The notes under the pieces: generated by a model | Seen by the model: the letters and a program-made list of their open reading frames with translations, nothing else | Databases searched by the model: none | What the model was told of the DNA's origin: nothing | Assembly: GCA_944377415.1 (NCBI GenBank) | Contig: CALWEW010000004.1 | Coordinates: forward strand, 1,681 to 65,680 | From: an uncultured Clostridia bacterium | Lineage (GTDB): Bacteria; Bacillota; Clostridia; Christensenellales; UBA1242 | Direction of reading: 5' to 3' | Length of the DNA stretch: 64,000 bases | Translations under genes and position numbers: made by a program | In this document: positions 38,483 through 49,600 of the stretch, piece after piece | Numbering within the stretch: position 1 is the first letter of the stretch | Layout: every line of letters begins with the position of its first letter

Positions 38483-39474
38483 TGTTCCACCTCGTTTTTA
38501 TTTTGCGATTTATTGCTTTTAATTTCGCCTGCAACGGCTTGCTCCTGATTGTCTTGAGTATTTGCCTTGGTTTGTCCATTATCGCTCGAAATGGCGCGTT
38601 TTTGCTCCCTTAAATGCGTTTGTAGAGCTGGTTCTATAATTGAAAGCATTTGATAACTTACACTTCTAATTAGTTCTGTATTATATTTGAATTTTTTTAT
38701 GTTATCATCAGAGAATTTAGCAACATCATCAAAATTAAAATCATTTAATGGTAAGCCTAGTCTGTTTGAAACGGTGAAGGCGATACTTTCAGACTCCAAC
38801 TTATTAATTGCTGCATAATCTTTATCTGTTAGTCCTTTGAAATTGTTTCGCATTCTTGAATTACTCAAAATATCACTTATTTCTTTTACCAATGCAGACA
38901 ATGTATCTTCATAGGACATTCCTAGTTTAACTATCACTTTGAATTCAGTTAAATTACGATAACTTTTTAAGCCTGTATCATCAGGTATTTCTTGATATTC
39001 AAAAGTCCAGCCTCTAGGTATTCTTTCTAGTGCATCTTTCAAAACTTTAAAATTATCTTTAATAATTTCAGCATTGCATTGAAATTGATACATAGGATTA
39101 CCGCTGGTCTGAGAAACATCAAAGACATGGTTTATTTGAAATCCATATTCTTGTTTGTCTTGTGTGGCAACAACATTTCCTTGCTCATCTAATATTTGAA
39201 CTTCTTTTGATTCTTTAACTGGAGCGATAATTTTTATTGATTTTTCGCCCTTATTTATGTTCCTATGATAGTAATTCCAAACTTTCATACTGTTTACACA
39301 AGTTGCTTTTGGATTTTGTGATAAAATTAGCATTAAATTGTTTATTGAAAATGAATTTAGATTACTTATAGCAGATAGTATTTCTTTATACTTGTTTGAT
39401 TTTATTAAGTTCATAAAAGTTTCATCAGCTTGTTTTACTAAATCTTCTGTTGTAATTGTTTTGTTTTCAATCAT
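38476..39474 (-). CDS. ArdC-like ssDNA-binding (antirestriction) protein
   Basis: FSINNLMLI.SQ.P.AT.V...W...R.I.KGEKSI.IIAP, VFDVSQT.G, KLESESIAF.V. Confidence 0.85.
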   Translation of the reverse strand: MIENKTITTEDLVKQADETFMNLIKSNKYKEILSAISNLNSFSINNLMLILSQNPKATCVNSMKVWNYYHRNINKGEKSIKIIAPVKESKEVQILDEQGNVVATQDKQEYGFQINHVFDVSQTSGNPMYQFQCNAEIIKDNFKVLKDALERIPRGWTFEYQEIPDDTGLKSYRNLTEFKVIVKLGMSYEDTLSALVKEISDILSNSRMRNNFKGLTDKDYAAINKLESESIAFTVSNRLGLPLNDFNFDDVAKFSDDNIKKFKYNTELIRSVSYQMLSIIEPALQTHLREQKRAISSDNGQTKANTQDNQEQAVAGEIKSNKSQNKNEVEQC

Positions 39475-39547
39475 ATGTACTCCTAAATTAATTAATTGAC
39501 TTTAATCTTAAAATTTTGTTAAAATATAGTAAGTTTAAGGTGGTATT

Positions 39548-39961
39548 ATGTTTAGTGAAAAATATTTTAATATAAAATCGTATAATGATTTTTATATGGC
39601 AGTTGGGAAAATAGTAGAAGCCGTACAACAATGGGAAAGACGTTATAAACAATTTGTTCAATTAATTGGAATTGAAATTGAATGTTTAGGTACAGCTACA
39701 TTAGGGAAAATCAACAATAAATTGTTAAAGGAAAATAAGATTGACCAAAGAACTTATAACAATTTAAATAAAGTGATTGAAATGAGAAATTATATTTATC
39801 ACGACTTTTTCCTTGATAAACCTGTACCACTAAATGATTCCGTAGAAAATAAACTCAATGAAATATATTTTTATATTTTTGAAGCTACCGATGTTGTAGA
39901 AAATTTAATAGACCAATTAACAGGTTGCAATTGTAAAAGACCAACTATATTTGATAATTAA
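39548..39961 (+). CDS. Small helical protein with HEPN-like RxxxxH motif
   Basis: ATLGKI..MRNYIYHDF; own promoter-like TTGACT..TAAAAT and RBS AAGGTGG; opposite strand to the transfer operon. Confidence 0.6.
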   Translation: MFSEKYFNIKSYNDFYMAVGKIVEAVQQWERRYKQFVQLIGIEIECLGTATLGKINNKLLKENKIDQRTYNNLNKVIEMRNYIYHDFFLDKPVPLNDSVENKLNEIYFYIFEATDVVENLIDQLTGCNCKRPTIFDN

Positions 39962-42569
39962 TTTTATTAAACACCTCTTGCACGAGCTCGCTAGCATGAA
40001 TATTAATTGTGGTTCTGTTTTGAGTTGAAACTATTAAAAACGCATAGCCTCGCGGTAGATTTGTTATAATATCACTTTCCGTTTCATTTATTTGCCCAGA
40101 TTTTTCATATAAACCACATAAGTCATTCATGTCGCTTGGTGGCAGATTAAATATAAGAGAATACTGGCTAACATTTATAATCGCTGAGGCTTTTCGGGCA
40201 AGTTCTAAACTGCCTGTAAAGTCTTTTATATTTTGTGTAATAACAATTTGCATTCCGTTATATTTTCTTATTCGTTTAGCCAATTGGTACATAAAATCTA
40301 GAGCAATGGGATATTTTTCATCAATAAATACATGGGCTTCATCTATAGCAATAATTATCTTTCTGTTTGTGTTATTTCGCTCGTTATACTCTCGGTTTTT
40401 AATAATTTCGTTGTCTAACCACTTTAAAACGAGTAACATTTGAGCATTTGCAATTAAGTTGTTTCTATTGGATAGTAATTTTTGGAAATTAAAACAAACA
40501 AAATTTTCTTGTGGTTCAAAACTTGTATACCCGTTCCATAATGCAGAATTTCTTGCCCCTGTATTAAATTTACTCAAATAGTTGGAAAGTGTTTTCAAAC
40601 ATGATTTTGCGTATTCATCCTGTTCTTTTTCAACTTTTTTATCTACTAGTTCTACTAAATTTTGTAGAGTTGGGTAATCTTTTGCTTGAAGTTTTGATAT
40701 ATCTGTTTTTGCTGTTATTTTTTTGTTTCTATAGACTTCCAAAATTATTTTATTTAATAGTTCTAGGCTGTCTGAATTAATGCCTGTTAATACAAGCTTG
40801 AAGAATTCTTCTAGAAATTGTAGGTGCAGGTAAAAGGAATTACTTGTCCCATCATTATTTTCATCATCTAAACTTTTTATTATGTGTAACGGGTTAATTA
40901 TTCCATCTTTACTGCTTGAAACATCTAACACTTTACCGTTTAGATTCTTTGCTAAGGTTCCGTACTCATTTTCTGGATCTAATATAAAAACACGAGCATT
41001 GTCTGCCGCTAAATTTGCAAGCAGAGTTTTTGTTGCAAAAGATTTTCCGCTACCAGATTTACCTATGATTACCATATTAGAATTAACCCTTTCATCTGTC
41101 CTTTCAAAAGGATTTAAAAAAGCTAACAATTTGTTTTCGCCAATTAAGAATCCATCTTTATCCATAACTATTTCCCCAACAAAAGGGAAACATGCTGATA
41201 AAACTGATGAATTCATTCCACGGCATTGTTTAATAGGGGAATCTTTTGTAATAAGACTTGTCATATAACCATCTATTTGTCTACCAAATAGCTCATTAAA
41301 CTTGAAGCCTAATTCTTTTAATTTTTGCCTTACTATTTTCTTATTTTTATTTTGATTCGGCTCATCATATACAGTTATAACTAATGAAACATCAAAAAAG
41401 TTTTCATTATCGTTTTGTAAGCCTATTAATGTGGATTGCAGGCTAGATAAATGAGTTTCTTTGTCTATTTGGAAACTAGTTTTACCTAAGTCTTTTTGAC
41501 TTAATAATTCATTAATTGCCGTGTCTATGCGTTTAATTGCTTTTATTTTTTCAACTGGTTCAGCCTTTAACACTACTTTTGTATTTGGTAGGTCAAACAA
41601 TGCTTGTCCCCAAGCATTGCTTACTTGTAGTGGGTAATCCGTTATCAAAAAATGGCTTACTTGTTCTTTATCTTGTATTACTTTATTGGTTTTAAATTTA
41701 ACTTGATTTGGTAGAATATCAGCGAAGTTATTATCTATTAATTCTCTTTCATCAAAATTCTTTGTGTAAGTATATTTTATAAATTTATAGAGTTCGGTAG
41801 TATCCAGCGTATGTGCTGTTATATTATTGTTTGTTAAGATATTTTCAATTTTACTTAATACACTTTTTAAGTTTTCTATGCTTAAATCATGTACCATTAA
41901 ATAATAATTACTTGCACATATTTTTTCTTTTGAGTTTATGTAATCAATTGTATTAATTCTATCTTCTATTAATTTAGTGCGAGAACGCAATTCAGGTTCA
42001 TTTAAGACATTATTTTCCTTAGCTGAGATAAGACTTTTTAATTTATTTAACTCACTTTCAATATAGTTATCCAAAATAAGCGGTTCATCTACTTTTATAA
42101 TTCCTATGCTTTGGTAAACTCCAATACTTTTTAACACGCTAGCAAATACATTATCTATAATAAAGTTTTGCTTGTTTTCGTTTAGTAAATTGAAATTAAT
42201 TGGCGTTACTTTTATTACACCTGTATAGTAATTATTTTTTTGATAAATGATGCCATTTTCTATCTTTAAGTATGGAGTAATTGAAGCTATATTAGACTTT
42301 CCGTGTTTCGCTTTACTAAATTGTTTTTTTGCGAATATGAATTTTAGGAAATAGCCAAGCATTTGATATAAACGCAGTTCGCCAAATGAAATATACAATG
42401 GGGCGACTACAATTAAAATGATTAATGCTATTATCCATTTTGAACTTAAATTACTTGATAAAGCCAAACAAATAAGGGCTAGTGCAATAAGCGCAATAAA
42501 GACATCGATTAATGTGATGTTTCTGTAAAATTGAAGCTTAACTTTTGTGTTTTTAGGTATTATTCTCAT
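39945..42569 (-). CDS. virB4: VirB4-like conjugation ATPase with fused PrgI-like membrane N-terminus
   Basis: IIPKN.KVK plus two TMs; NSNMVIIGKSGSGKS, ILDPENEY, IDEAH, RIRKYNG..IVITQ. Confidence 0.93.
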   Translation of the reverse strand: MRIIPKNTKVKLQFYRNITLIDVFIALIALALICLALSSNLSSKWIIALIILIVVAPLYISFGELRLYQMLGYFLKFIFAKKQFSKAKHGKSNIASITPYLKIENGIIYQKNNYYTGVIKVTPINFNLLNENKQNFIIDNVFASVLKSIGVYQSIGIIKVDEPLILDNYIESELNKLKSLISAKENNVLNEPELRSRTKLIEDRINTIDYINSKEKICASNYYLMVHDLSIENLKSVLSKIENILTNNNITAHTLDTTELYKFIKYTYTKNFDERELIDNNFADILPNQVKFKTNKVIQDKEQVSHFLITDYPLQVSNAWGQALFDLPNTKVVLKAEPVEKIKAIKRIDTAINELLSQKDLGKTSFQIDKETHLSSLQSTLIGLQNDNENFFDVSLVITVYDEPNQNKNKKIVRQKLKELGFKFNELFGRQIDGYMTSLITKDSPIKQCRGMNSSVLSACFPFVGEIVMDKDGFLIGENKLLAFLNPFERTDERVNSNMVIIGKSGSGKSFATKTLLANLAADNARVFILDPENEYGTLAKNLNGKVLDVSSSKDGIINPLHIIKSLDDENNDGTSNSFYLHLQFLEEFFKLVLTGINSDSLELLNKIILEVYRNKKITAKTDISKLQAKDYPTLQNLVELVDKKVEKEQDEYAKSCLKTLSNYLSKFNTGARNSALWNGYTSFEPQENFVCFNFQKLLSNRNNLIANAQMLLVLKWLDNEIIKNREYNERNNTNRKIIIAIDEAHVFIDEKYPIALDFMYQLAKRIRKYNGMQIVITQNIKDFTGSLELARKASAIINVSQYSLIFNLPPSDMNDLCGLYEKSGQINETESDIITNLPRGYAFLIVSTQNRTTINIHASELVQEVFNKINYQI

Positions 42570-42587
42570 TTTTTTGTTTCCTTATTT

Positions 42588-42691
42588 TTGCTAAAAAGTT
42601 GCTATTTTTATTTATTTGTTGCTTAAAATTGAATAAAAGTTGCCATTTTTGACATCAGTTGACAAAAAGTTGCTAAAAAGTTGCTATTTTT
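42588..42691. repeat. AAAAGTTGC(T) direct repeats in the divergent virB4 / Schlafen intergenic region
   Basis: TTGCTAAAAAGTTGCTATTTTT at 42588-42609 and 42670-42691, plus AAAAGTTGCCATTTTT at 42635-42650. Confidence 0.75.
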
Positions 42692-42759
42692 CTATTTAAT
42701 TATTTGCTTTTTATTTTTTTATTTAATATAATAATTAAAAATATTTTCAAGGGGGTATT

Positions 42760-44196
42760 ATGTTAAAAGAGGAACTCGAATACTTGGTAAAATCACTAAA
42801 AGCAATAAAAGCAGAACAACAGAGTATTGAAGTAAAGGAAGCTAATGTTGATTGTCCTAAAATATTTGATACTTTATCTGCTTTTTCAAATCAAGATAAT
42901 GGTGGTATTATTGTATTTGGTGTATCTGAAAGTCAAAATTTTGAAATTATAGGTGTTTACAATGCTCAAGATTTGCAAAAAAAAGTTAATGAACAATGTA
43001 AACAAATGGAGCCTATAGTAAGACCTCTATTTACAGTATGTGAAATTGATGGGAAAGTTGTTGTTTCTGCAGAAATACCAAGTGTTGAAGTTGCTGAAAG
43101 ACCTGTTTTTTATAAAGGTAGAGGCAAATTAAAAGGTTCCTATATCCGAGTTGGCGAGTCTGATGAGCCAATGACCGAGTATGAAGTATACAGCTATGAA
43201 ATCTATAGAAAAAGAATCAAAGATGATTTAAGAACAGTTGAAAATGCGACACTGGCCGTATTGGATGAAGTTTTATTAAAAGAGTATATCCAAAAAGTTA
43301 GATACGAAAGACAGAATTTAATAGATAATGTTGATGATAAAACATTATTAGAACTTATGGGGGTTACAAAGCATGGCATTCCAACAATTGCTGGTTTGAT
43401 GACATTTTGCAAATATCCTCAGGCTTACTTTCCTCAATTATGCATTACCGCAGTATCCTTGCCCTCTAATGAAATGGGTAAAGTAGGAGAAAATGATGAA
43501 AGATTTTTAGACAACAAGAGAATATGCGGTTCAATAAAAGATATGCTAAATAGTGCAATAGATTTTGTAATAAAAAATTCAAGAATAAAAACCATTATAA
43601 AAGCTGATGGTCAACGAGAAGATCAACCGGAATATCCTGTGAAAGCAGTAAGAGAGGCTATATTAAACGCATTGGTGCACCGCGATTATAGTGTTTACAC
43701 CGAAAATATCCCAATTAGAATTGAAATGTATCGTGATAGATTAGAAATACGCAATCCTGGTGGTATTTATGGACAAATTTCAGTTGATGACTTGGGAAAA
43801 GTAAAACCAGAAACTCGTAATCCAAGTTTAGCGAACATACTAGAAATTTTAAAAATAACAGAAAATCGATATTCTGGTATACCAACTATTAACCAAGAAT
43901 TTAAAAATGCACATCTTCCTAAACCCACTTTCCTTGTCGTTCATGGCGAATTTATGGTGGAAATGAACAATGGGCTTATGATTGATATGGCAACTGATAG
44001 CACCACGGTTATGGATAAGGTTTTATCATATTGTTCAAAGCCAAGATCAAGAAAAGAATTAATAGAATTTACAGGATTTAGTCGCTATTATCTTACGGCC
44101 ACTATACTTGAACCTTTATTAAAAAGTGGAAAGTTGAAAATGACTTTACCTAATGTTCCTAAAAGCAAGTATCAAAAATATTATAGATCGAACTAG
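42760..44196 (+). CDS. Schlafen/AlbA_2 domain + HATPase_c_4 (RecG C-terminal-like) + HTH protein
   Basis: EQQSIEVKEA, LSAFSN..GGIIVFGV, AVREAILNALVHRDYS, RNPGG, TRNP.LA, P.SKYQKY. Confidence 0.88.
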   Translation: MLKEELEYLVKSLKAIKAEQQSIEVKEANVDCPKIFDTLSAFSNQDNGGIIVFGVSESQNFEIIGVYNAQDLQKKVNEQCKQMEPIVRPLFTVCEIDGKVVVSAEIPSVEVAERPVFYKGRGKLKGSYIRVGESDEPMTEYEVYSYEIYRKRIKDDLRTVENATLAVLDEVLLKEYIQKVRYERQNLIDNVDDKTLLELMGVTKHGIPTIAGLMTFCKYPQAYFPQLCITAVSLPSNEMGKVGENDERFLDNKRICGSIKDMLNSAIDFVIKNSRIKTIIKADGQREDQPEYPVKAVREAILNALVHRDYSVYTENIPIRIEMYRDRLEIRNPGGIYGQISVDDLGKVKPETRNPSLANILEILKITENRYSGIPTINQEFKNAHLPKPTFLVVHGEFMVEMNNGLMIDMATDSTTVMDKVLSYCSKPRSRKELIEFTGFSRYYLTATILEPLLKSGKLKMTLPNVPKSKYQKYYRSN

Positions 44197-44211
44197 TAGA
44201 TTAGATGTATT

Positions 44212-45576
44212 CTAATCTTTTTTTGTTTTCTTTTTTATTACTTGTGCATGGTTAAATACTGTATCGCCTTTGATTACATTATTCATTCTTGGAATAAAGT
44301 TTTTACCAACACCTACAAGGCCGCCTGATACCAAGTCTTTCATTACACCAAGTGGCATAGAAGCAATTCTGGTAGGCATTTTTGCATATCTTGCTGTTTT
44401 TGTTGTATTTTCATTACTTTCAACAGCTTTGCTAACAGGTGTTTTAAATGAGCTTTTTACACCACCAGTGAAACCATTAGATTTGTTTTCATCAACAAAA
44501 TGCTTTCCACCTAATACCGCACCACCAAGAGCTAGTGCAGTTGTTCCAACAGTTCTCGTTATATGAGTTCCTGTTCTCATGTTTGCAATAAGTTCTCGTG
44601 TTTCATTACCGCCAGCCTGACTGCCGGTAAGATTTGCAATTACTAGGTTAGCTTTTGTAACCGCAAAGGCTCCACCAATAATAAATAGTATCTTTACTAT
44701 TCCATCCTTAAAGGCATCATTGAAGAAACTGATTTGTTGTACTTGTGGTATAATAATAAAGAATAAATTCATCGCTAGTATTATTCCATAGGCACTAAGG
44801 ACCTTGCCGATAAGCATTTCTTTCCATTGTTTAAATCTTACACCATCATCTGTTGGAATGGTAGAAACACTTATCGGCGAAACAAGGAAGAGAAGTATTA
44901 TATCAAATATTCTTTGTATAAAACTTATTGCACTCATTACGAACATAATAAGAATCGCAAGTCCACCAATAATTCCTACAAAGAAATCTAAATCTCTAAT
45001 TTTATAATATTGGCTTACAACATCCATATTGGTATAATCTAATTCGCCGGTGATAAACATTCTTTCAATTTCTTCTCTTTCCGCCTCATCACCGATATAA
45101 GCATAATAACCACACGTTACAAGTATTTGACCGCCAATTTTTGCATCTGTTCCTGTTTCAGTTATGTATGGATTCATACTTTGATTGACAGCTCGCACAA
45201 CTGTGTTTGATAAAGCGATACCCGCAAGTAACACAAAAGGTACTATTAAGAAAATTATAAAACTATGGCAAGCCTTTGCTAAAATCGCACCTTTACTTTT
45301 CTTGTTTTCGCCATGCGCATATTCACTTCTTATGATTGCTACAAGAACAAATACTACAAGCAGTGCAACAGCAATTAGCATAATGATTAAGAAAGATTTT
45401 TTAACAACATCAGACAATAAAAAGTTAGATAAAATGTCTGTTTCTGTACCATTAATATTTATAGGCTCTACACCTGAAAGTGTATAGAAAATATCTTTTA
45501 TAAAATCAATAATGTAACAAACGCTTTTTTGTATTGAATACAGTAAATCAAAGAACCAATCGGTTAACCAATCCAT
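44212..45576 (-). CDS. VirB6-like ICE transmembrane protein (Mbov_0396-like)
   Basis: Multiple TMs; QRIFDIILLFLVSPI.VST...D.G.RFKQW. Confidence 0.75.
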   Translation of the reverse strand: MDWLTDWFFDLLYSIQKSVCYIIDFIKDIFYTLSGVEPININGTETDILSNFLLSDVVKKSFLIIMLIAVALLVVFVLVAIIRSEYAHGENKKSKGAILAKACHSFIIFLIVPFVLLAGIALSNTVVRAVNQSMNPYITETGTDAKIGGQILVTCGYYAYIGDEAEREEIERMFITGELDYTNMDVVSQYYKIRDLDFFVGIIGGLAILIMFVMSAISFIQRIFDIILLFLVSPISVSTIPTDDGVRFKQWKEMLIGKVLSAYGIILAMNLFFIIIPQVQQISFFNDAFKDGIVKILFIIGGAFAVTKANLVIANLTGSQAGGNETRELIANMRTGTHITRTVGTTALALGGAVLGGKHFVDENKSNGFTGGVKSSFKTPVSKAVESNENTTKTARYAKMPTRIASMPLGVMKDLVSGGLVGVGKNFIPRMNNVIKGDTVFNHAQVIKKKTKKD

Positions 45577-45579
45577 ACT

Positions 45580-46092
45580 TTACTCCTTTAAGAAAATTAG
45601 AAAATTATCAAATTGAAAACTTGTCTTTTCCAAATTTTCTGCGTTTGTATTTTCATCTACTTCAATTACTAATGAACTGGTTGGATAAAGTGTTATTTGA
45701 TTATTTAAAAACAATTCAACATCGCTTGTAACATTTGCTTGAAATGATTTAGAGTAATGCAAAATATCTTGCTCATCTAAATTTAATCTAAAAGTTAAAG
45801 AGCAGGGCTTTTCGCTTTTAACTGTGAAGACTATTCCTTGTATTGAGACTTGGTCTTTTATGTTGATTTCCAAGCTTGTATAAGGTTTAGATTGTATTGA
45901 ATTAAATTCATTTTCATCAAGCAAAATATCCATAGGATAGAAGATATAATTGTCCAAATTATATTCAGCGGTTACACCTAAAAATAGACTGTTATAATCT
46001 TCTTCTGAAGCTATTCCACTCACACAACCAGATAGTGCAAAAATGGTTATTAAACTTATTGTAATAACGCTTACTAAAATAAACTTTTTCAT
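45580..46092 (-). CDS. Putative lipoprotein
   Basis: MKK plus hydrophobic stretch and LSGC lipobox. Confidence 0.75.
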   Translation of the reverse strand: MKKFILVSVITISLITIFALSGCVSGIASEEDYNSLFLGVTAEYNLDNYIFYPMDILLDENEFNSIQSKPYTSLEINIKDQVSIQGIVFTVKSEKPCSLTFRLNLDEQDILHYSKSFQANVTSDVELFLNNQITLYPTSSLVIEVDENTNAENLEKTSFQFDNFLIFLKE

Positions 46093-46093
46093 A

Positions 46094-46387
46094 TTATGTA
46101 GTTACTTGTGTGCTAACCCAATCTTGTAATATTGGCATCAAAACTTTAAGTCCAACTATGAGAACGAAAATCACAACAAATCCAATAATTGCACCTATTA
46201 AATCTTTCTTTGCTTTCTCGCGAGAACCTGCTTCATCAGCCTTTGCTAAACGCACGCCAAGGATGATGCAGTATATTGTTCCTATGGCTCCAACCAAACC
46301 TATTGCGGGCCAAAGAATTGCATTTATAACTTCTAATACCGGAGCGAGTACAGGATTAAAATCCACAGCTCCTAACAAATTTAACAC
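46094..46387 (-). CDS. Pilin/VirB2-like conjugal transfer protein (Mbov_0395-like)
   Basis: GTG start after GGAGG; two TMs around LAKADEAGSREKAKKDLI. Confidence 0.75.
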   Translation of the reverse strand: MLNLLGAVDFNPVLAPVLEVINAILWPAIGLVGAIGTIYCIILGVRLAKADEAGSREKAKKDLIGAIIGFVVIFVLIVGLKVLMPILQDWVSTQVTT

Positions 46388-46444
46388 GAAATAAAACCTC
46401 CAAAATTTAATTAATTCTCTCAATCAATTTTTGAAGATATTTTG

Positions 46445-46575
46445 AAGTGGGTTTCCCACTTGCAAGCGGGTTGAGGTGCGCCAAAGTGCCAGCAGTGTGT
46501 TTTTGTGTGCCAGCACTAAAAATCGCGGTTTTATGCGGTTTTTAGAGGCATAAAAAACACTTTGCGCCACCTCTT
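46445..46575. other. GC-richer nested inverted-repeat region; candidate oriT, single-strand origin or structured RNA
   Basis: AAGTGGG-TTT-CCCACTT hairpin, then GAGGTG..CAAAGTG/CACTTTG..CACCTC enclosing GTGTTTTT.TGCC/GGCATAAAAAACAC and CTAAAAATCGC/GCGGTTTTTAG. Confidence 0.5.
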
Positions 46576-46616
46576 TTCCTGCTTAATAAATATTTAGCAC
46601 TCAAAAAAGCCAAAAC

Positions 46617-49600
46617 TCATTTCTTTTCTATACTATCAATACTTTCTGTAGTTTTAGTTTCTTCTGTTACGGTTATTTCAGTTTTCCCTTTGTAATAACC
46701 AACTTTATTTTTAACAAGTAAAATTATAATCAACACCACGACCGCAAGCATTCCACCAAACAGAGCTATTGTTGCTGCATTAAGTGAGGGTAAAATAGTG
46801 AACTCATACTCAGTTATATTTCCAGCAAGATCGCTAACAATTAACTTGTAATTTCCTACACTTTCCAACTTGTCCCCAAGGGCATATTCTAGTTTTTCAT
46901 CATTCAAAGTTGCTGTTATAATTATTGGATTTTCAGAGGGTGTTCTTGTGCTTACTTCGCCTTTTGTATACCCATTATTTTCAACGCCAACTAATACGAT
47001 TGTAGGAGCAGTAGTATCAATAACAATCTCAAACACATAAGTCTTATTTTCACCATCTTGTACGGTTATTTTATAGGTAGCCTCATCTATTAAATATAGC
47101 ATATTATTCTGTATATTTAATTCTTGAATCTCATCATTCCTTATGATTTCAAGGATGGTATATTTAGCACTAAGTTTGTGTTCTAATCTATTAACTGGGT
47201 GATTTAAAATCGTAAATTCAAAGTAACTTTTATTTCCTAATTCATCAGTTATCACGAATTCATAGAAGCCATCTTCACTAACAAAATCTTCAAAAGAGTA
47301 ATCAATTTTTTGTCCATCTTTTTGCATTTCAATTGTAAGGTTTTCGTGAGCTAAAACTCTCACTGGCTCATTTGAAATTCCACCATTAAATGTGTTAATT
47401 TCAAACTCTAATTCATTATCAATTTTGAAATTAAATTCTATTGAGTTTCCTGCTAAATCGGACACAACTATTTTATAGTTACCGTTCAATTTTATTTCGC
47501 TACCATTTGAATATAAACCTTGCAAGACTTCATTTAAATAATAATCTGCTAAAAGATTATCTTCATCCCAAATTACTTGAACACTAGAATTTGTTGTCCC
47601 ATTATTAGCGACACCAATTAATGTAGCAGCAGGCGGAGTTCTATCTATTTCAAAATCAAAATAGTTAGAGTTCCCATACTCATCAAAGATATGAACCTTG
47701 TATTTTCCCTCATCATTGAAATACTCATTAAATTTATAATTCAGTATTTCGTTATCTTTAAAAATTTCAATACTTAAGGGCTCATTGTTAACTATCTTTA
47801 TACTTTTGTTTGTATATAGAATTTCACCAGCAGTTATAAGCTCATCATCAACATAGACTGTATAATCAAGACTTTTATCAATAGTAAATGTTTTAGAATT
47901 TGTGTTTCCAAGTCTATCTTTAACTATAATTTCATAGTATCCATCGCTTGTGAAAACTTGTCCATTATAATAACTTTGCTCTTTGCTGCCATTAAATATA
48001 TAAACAGCTGAGTAATTATTTAAAGTTTCCCATTTCGCATAAGCATTACTTGAAGTTGTTCCTTTATCGCTAACACCATTTAAATCAAACTCAGGAATCA
48101 GTGTGTTTATATCAAAAACATAAGTATTGAAGTTATCAAAATCTGTTTTATCATAAAGCAAAATTTTATAGCTATTTAACACATTGCTTTCTACTTGAAT
48201 TGTTATTTCAGTTAAATTATCTTCTAAAATCTCAGATGGTTGAATTACTATGTCGTTTTTATATAACACGGCAAGATATTTAGTATTGTCATAAGTAAAA
48301 GAAGCATCTGTATTTGTTGCGCCATTATTAGATACGCCTTTTAATATTCCTGTTGGTAAATCTTTTTCAAACACAAATTCATAAGAGGTAATTCTTCCAA
48401 ACACATCTGTTAGTTGCACTTTATAATAACCACCTCTATTAAATGTGTATTCTTTTGTGGAAATGTTGATAAAAATTAAATCATTATCATCTTGTTCTGG
48501 GTATTCATCAAATCCTAACTCGCTGTTAAGCAAAATGTCATTTTTATAGATTTTGATATCCGTTAGGGCATTTACGGAATCACCATCTTGAATTGTTATT
48601 TTTAATTGTTGATTTGCATTAATCGTTTCAAAATTAACTTTTGGTGCTAGTCCTAAAATGTTTACTTCAAATGAAAAATTGTTATTTAATCTGTCATATG
48701 TAGTTATGGTGTACTGACCGGTTTCGAAAAACGAATTAGTTGGTAATGTGTCTAAATATGAATAATAAAAGGTGTTGTTCTGTGGTGTAACAATTTTTAA
48801 TAAATACCAAGTGTCATCATCAAAAATATCTAATATTGAAAATTCTTCATAATAAAATTCAAGTTTACCATTTGAAGGTATATCATTTTGTGAAATTGTA
48901 TGAGTAAAACTGGAATTGTTGCCATATACTTTTGCCTGCACATTTAGTAGCGGGGCATTATTGTCTATAAAAATGTTATAGACTGTGCTATGCCTGGCAA
49001 AATCCGTTTCTTTAATTTCATACAAACCGTGACCTAAACCTTGATTTCTAAGAGCAATATTGTATTGTAATTCTTTGTATTCAGTATCTTGTTGATTTAT
49101 AGCTTTATAATAAATCTTATAACTTTCATTTGCATCTGTCTGTGTGAAAATAAAGTTATTCGCTATTAAAGCAGGAGTATTCGCTTCATTCCATGTGTTA
49201 TGATACATAGAGGTATTTAAAATTTTTCCATAATTGTTATATTTAGAATTGTCATAGTAGAATGGACCACTAATATAATCTTTGGAATATTGAGTTATGG
49301 CTTTATCAAGTAATGTTTCATCAAAGTAATAAACATACAAATTAGCATTTTCTATTGATTTATAATACCAATAAGGACCTAACTTTACACTATCACCACT
49401 TGCTACCAAATTTGTGTAGTGGAAATCGTTTATATCATTTAGATAATATTCTGTTACTAGATTCTCATTTTCTTTAGTTTTTGCCCAAAGTAACGCATCA
49501 TTATAGTCTGCAAATGATTGGGATGTGCTATTTACAAAAGTATTTGGCAAGGTCGCAACAAACCACTTGGATACCTTATAACTGGTATTATTAGTTAATT

